Source of the DNA: Xylographa opegraphella
Lineage: Eukaryota
NCBI GenBank assembly: GCA_022813865.1
Contig: JALDZX010000053.1
Span: forward strand, 62,001-126,000
DNA length: 64,000 nucleotides
Direction: 5' to 3'
Part shown: positions 59,118-64,000 of the stretch, one piece after another
Position numbering within the stretch: the stretch's first letter is position 1
Layout: each line of letters begins with the position of its first letter
The notes under the pieces: model-generated
The model's input: the letters and a program-made list of their open reading frames with translations, nothing else
What the model was told of the DNA's origin: nothing
Database searches by the model: none
Position numbers and translations under genes: made by a program

Positions 59118-60119
59118 ATGCTTCTCAACTTCAGCGCCATCTTTGTGCCCTTGTTAGCAATCATCGGCTTCTCGCGTTATCGACCAAAACATGAGAATGT
59201 TACCCTCAGTGGATTGCACGTCGTCTTCAACTGCAAAACATTACCAGGTACGTCTGTCTACTATCACGGAAATCAAAATTACGAGAAGCAAAGCCATCAG
59301 CTAAGCACAAATTGTAGAAGTGTGCAAAAGTATGTGCTGGGAACGAGTCTGCGCGCCATTGACCTTAGCACCTGATGTTTGGCACGAAGACTACTGGGTA
59401 CATGAACTACCAATCTGGCGAACAGCTGACGCAAACGGCTGCACACCAACGCGTTGTGTGAAAATGGAGCTCCGCCAGGGGTTTACAGCGTGCTACACGT
59501 GGCCACTACTGTCGCGCTCCAACTCGACCTTGCACTACCCGCTTAGCATTCTAGCTGGTAAGATTTCACCGTCTGTGACAAAAGAATAAAGTTCAGCGAC
59601 TAACTGCTCTTCAGCTGCAGGCGCTGCTATGATTGACAATATCACCCTTTTCACCAACCCAGAGTATTTCATCTGGGCCTTGGTGTTTCCAGATCGACCG
59701 ATGCATGACATATGCCTGCAAAAGGTCAGAGATGGCGTTCCACACCTTTCGTACTTCGAGAAAATCAGATCGGAAGCACTCCGCCCCACAAGCGAGTCAA
59801 TAAACGGCACAGAACCAGTGGACGGTGTCGTTCTGACATCATCAAGCGCCAGAACTGGTACGGTATGGACTCCGGAGACTCCATTTATATGGAAGACCAG
59901 ACCGGCCGGCAAATCGATGTTCCCCAGCTTGTCTACTCTGCATTTCGGACGAACAACTCCTCCCAGGAGCTGCAAAGGAAACTGATCGACGTGTATCGAC
60001 GTATTGATGCGATCAGCTCGGATATTATCACCAAACATAAGGCGCGGATGGCCGACGAAGAGGCTAGAGCCTGGACCTGGGCCGGGCCTTTTGGAAAGTG
60101 GAAGGCGTTTGTCATCTGA
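59118..60119 (+). pseudogene. Secreted Cys-rich protein with a degenerate NucA/NucB-like N-terminal pattern; possible frameshift in the last exon
   Basis: Hydrophobic leader, then FNCKTLP|EVCKSMCWERVC...NGCTPTRC...ACYTWPLLS. Two GT-AG introns; the 3' region has two overlapping ORFs (59629-59985 and 59712-60119). Confidence 0.4.
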
Positions 60120-60423
60120 TGTCCAGCCATCGGTAGAGAGGAGACTGCATCATTTTGTTTCAACGGTATTCAAGAGCGATGTCTTTTATTCTGACACTCC
60201 TTTACCATATTATCACAGAAGATATTGCGAACCCAAATAAGAAGCATGTATGGGGATCACCAGCATATCTAGTTTAAGTCCAGCGGATAGTTCAAATGAT
60301 GCATCATCCATTCATAAATGCATTTTATTCCTCACAAAATGCATCCATGCATTCAACCCCCCATCCATCCTTCATAAATGCGTCCATCTATCTGACCTCA
60401 CATCCATCCCCCATCAACCTAAT

Positions 60424-61378
60424 TCACTCCTCATACCTCACCTCCCCCTTGCTCACATCGGGATAGACATCAAACCGGCGCTGCGCATACAGCGGAATCC
60501 CCCTCCTCGTCTCCTCGATCTTCCCCTCCTCCAGCTGCGCATACACAATCTCCTCCCCCTCCCCCGCCTCCGCCATCACGGCCGCATCGGGATCAACGAC
60601 CATACTATGGCCCCACGCATGATAACTCGCCTGCATATCGCGCGCCGGGCTACACATGGCGACATAGAGCTGATTATCCATCGCGCGCGCCCGCGCCTGC
60701 AGCGCCCAATGCAGCTTCCCGGTCGTCAGATTAAACGCACCGGGGTACAGCAGCAGGAAGCAGCCCTTGCGCGCGGCGATGGTGGCCAGCTCGGGGAAGC
60801 GCACGTCGTAGCAGATGGCGAGCGCGACGCGCCCGTACGGCGGCACGTCCACGAGCGTGACCTTGTTGCCCGGCGACAGCACGTCCGACTCGCGGAAGGT
60901 GATGCGTCCCGGCAGGTCGATGTCGAAGAGGTGCAGCTTGCGGTGCGTGGCGAGCAGGGCGCCCGAGGGCCCGAAGAGGAGCGCCGTGTTGTAGTAGCGC
61001 CCGCTCGCGGCCTCGTGCTCCGGAATGCTGCCGCCGAGGATGTAGGCCTGCGTCTCGGCCGCCAGCGCGGCGAGCGCGTGGTACGTGGGGGACTGCGTTG
61101 CTGTGGGGGGGGAGGGGAGGAGCGTTTCGGCGTAGGTGGGGAAGTATTGGCAGCCGTAGGGCGAGTTGAAGCATTCGGGGAGTACGATTAGGGAGGCGCC
61201 GGCGCGGGAGGCTTCGAGGACGCGGGTGCGCGTGTGGAGGAGGTTGGTGGCTTTGTCGGCTCCTTTGAAAGGCGGGGATGGGTTAGCTATGGGTGGAGGA
61301 GGTGAGGGGGTGGGAGGCGGTACCGGTTGCGAGTTGGATGAGCGCGAGCTTGAGGGGCTTCTTGAGGAGGCCGGCCAT
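60424..61378 (-). CDS. NIT3: Carbon-nitrogen hydrolase, omega-amidase (Nit2/Nit3 type), 2 exons
   Basis: LKLALIQLAT|GADKATNL, LPECFNSPYG, GGSIPE, HRKLHLFDID, FRESDVLSPG, ICYDVRFPEL, YPGAFNLTTGKLHW, AWGHS, RRFDVYPDV. Confidence 0.93.
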
Positions 61379-61931
61379 TGCGGCGGGGCTTAGGGAGGGG
61401 AGAGTGGATATGGTTGCTATTCCACGGTGGTTTCGTCTCCGTTGTCAATAACGGAGGCTCAACCCTGGAATCGAGTCGCCTAGCCCTATGACGTAGAACT
61501 ATCGATTCTCACTGGCTCGCTTATCTTACCTTAGTTTTGAAGTACCTTATTCTGCAGAAGGTCACAATAATACAAAAGCCTCTCAAAGGCATGCTCGGTC
61601 TCAAGACGTCCACGTTTCCGATTGCTACAGCCGAGACATCCCCTCTATCCAGCCGAAAAGCACAATCCCTCACCGCCCACACAAACACTCGACCCTCCTA
61701 AACCCAGTCCTCCATCAACGCCGCATCGCATGCCGAACCGTGTATTCTATCGCACCGCACCAGCGCGCTGAAAGCCGAGACACGCGGGAGCACAGCACAG
61801 AATACCACATCGCTCCGACTCCACTCCACCACATGGTGCGACCATATGGTCCATACTCCATCCCCCGTTCGCTCCCGCAATCCACCCCAGCCGGTCTCCA
61901 CTGGCAGAATATCAAGCCATCCACCCTGCCC

Positions 61932-63496
61932 TCACCACGCCTTCCCTCTTCCTCTCCCCTCCTCACCTTTCGACTTCCTCCCATTCGCAACCCCCTTCCC
62001 CGCCTTCGCAGCTCCCCCCACCCCTCGATCTCTCTCCAATAGCGTCGTAAGCTGGCTCTTCGTCCTCGGCAGCCGCACTTCTCCCCCCTCCTCGTCCTCC
62101 TCATCATCATCCACAACAGCCTCCTCCTCCTCCTTCTGCTTGCGCTCCTCCTCGCCTACCCTCCCTGTCCTTCTCGGACTTCCTGCAGAAACACCTCCCA
62201 GGACCGGCAGCGTCGCTCGGTCGGCGAACTTGGCGCGGAAATGCGGCTCCACGAGCCAGTCCTGCGGGACGGTGGGCAGGACGGTGGATGGCGACGGTGG
62301 GGGTAAGGAGTGCATCGGGAGGTGGTCGCGGGAGGGGCGGTGGAAGGGGGTGGAGGAGACGGGGGAGGCGGAGCGAGAGGTGGGGCGGCGGCCCAAGGCG
62401 GGGTTTTGGGGGTGGGTCAACTCTGAGGGCGGTGGTGGTGAACGTGGACGGAGCGGGATCTGTGATTTTGAGGATGGGAATGGTGCAGAGGAGAGAGCGC
62501 CGTTGTTTTCGTAGGCGTTGGTGGTGCGGGTAATGGTAGAGAGGGAGGGAAGAGGCGGAGGTGGTGAATGCGTGTTTTGGGATGCGAGCCGGGGGGAAGG
62601 CGTTTTCGAGACGGGGGTGCTGTTGGAGGATTTGCGGTGCGGGAGGGCTGGGCGCCGTTTGGTGCTGGACGAGCTGGCGGTGAAAGTGGGTTTTTTCTTG
62701 GGGGCTTTGGTGCTTGTCGAGGAGGTGGTTGGAGGTGGGGCTTCGGAGGGGGCAGGGCGCGTGTTTTCGGTAGCTGGTGGCTGAAAGGACCTGGAAGATG
62801 AAGCCTGTGGGGAGGATGTATCGTCGCGACTGTCTCGACTGGGTGTCTTCCAGGTTGGGGTGAGGATCCTGGCCGTCTTCGACTGCTGGGCCGTGGAATC
62901 TGTACGGGGTTTCTTCAGGATAGGCGGAGGCCGAGAGGAGCCTCTTCTCCTGCCTTTTTCTTCCTCGATGGTCGGGGGTTGAGATGGCTGGCCAGCGACG
63001 TTGTCCGGGTCCCGGACGGCTCGCTGTCGTTCAAGACGCTCATCGATGCCGGCGAGCTGGGGCTCCACGAAGCTTTCGGCTGCCGACGTCGTGGATGACC
63101 CCAGGCGGTCGGCGAGGTGGAAGGTGGGTAGGATGCGACTCGCCCGCGGGGAGGATGTCGGGGTCGTTCGAATAACAACGTCGCCCTCCGAAATAGCAAC
63201 GAAGTGCCGCGCGATCTGCGTGCCTCTGATGGTCTCCCGTATCTGGCCATTGCTCCATATCCGCCAAAAGAAATTCTCTAGCCGGCGCCCGACGTCGTTG
63301 GCGAGCAGGTTGCGGTTGGTGGAGTAGACTGGTAAACACAAAGTGTAAGCTTGCTGCTTCATGCAACACACACACGCCGGCAATTACCTCGCCACAAGTG
63401 CGCCAGATCCTCGGCGTCGATATGGTCCACGCCTTGAATATCTCCCATGATGGCCTCCGAATTCGTGACCAGACCTATGGGAAGCCCTTCGGCCAT
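61932..63496 (-). CDS. DUF1752 (AreA-N/Sfp1-like motif) protein with a disordered Ser/Pro-rich body, 2 exons
   Basis: MAEGLPIGLV...DLAHLWR|VYSTNRNLLANDVGRRLENFFWRIW; PPPILKKP; WLVEPHFRAKF; LPRTKSQLTTLLE. Confidence 0.8.
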
Positions 63497-64000
63497 CACG
63501 GCACAAAATGCTGCCCAGCCCGATCACGCACCACGCACCGTGAGCTGCACGCAGCCTGCTTAAGCACTGCACATCACTTTCCTAAGCCGTTCTACGGCAC
63601 GAAACAGCACGCAGCAGCAGCGCCGTGCCAGGAACTGAATGCCGATTTAAGTTTTTTCTTCTGCACGGCCGAACACACCGCTGTCGACTTTATTTAACAA
63701 CAGCTCTCGCCCTGTCCGCGGCCGCTAGAAACAAGCGCAAAAGCCAAAAAAAAGCAAAAAAATCGGAAAACTTCTAGAAACAGCTTGCCACGGATTCGGG
63801 ACTCGTTGGGTTGGGGTCCCCTGGGAGTGGTGCGCGAGAGGAGATTATGCTCGAAGCGTTGTGGAGGGCGGCGATTCCAGTAAAAAAAGCTGGACAAAGG
63901 GCGGCGGATACACACAGACACAGACCGACACCCACACACACATCACCCACGGGAACAACAAGAACTGAAGAAGTCGGGATCCCGACAAAGCGAAAAACGA

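Overview
Intron-rich genomic DNA of a filamentous ascomycete (Pezizomycotina; short GT-AG introns with CTRAY-type branch points). No bacterial features, rRNA, tRNA or CRISPR were found. Bases 1-33300 are a compact run of core genes: RRD2/PTPA (partial, absent from the ORF track), DBP5, BMT6, RPL22, a Ser/Pro-rich protein, NFS1, RVS167, KTI12, a C2H2 transcription factor, USE1, group-I G-alpha, CDC14, PCC1 and a conserved hypothetical. Bases 33400-48000 are more accessory. They hold two AT-rich, RIP-like repeat islands (each at an assembly gap), a HeLo-like/NACHT/ankyrin NLR, a PKA catalytic subunit and a PD-(D/E)xK-like protein. Bases 48000-64000 hold an SDR, EMC1, decayed genes (SDR, BTB, NucA/B-like), an ADA2-type adenosine deaminase, an omega-amidase and a DUF1752 protein. 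The best hidden-signal candidates are intronic. RPL22 intron 1 has a long nested stem-loop abutting the branch point (candidate autoregulatory element). NFS1 has an oversized intron with a cryptic acceptor, a 29-codon stop-terminated cassette and a Gcn4/CpcA-type motif. All exon boundaries were read by eye and no database searches were run.
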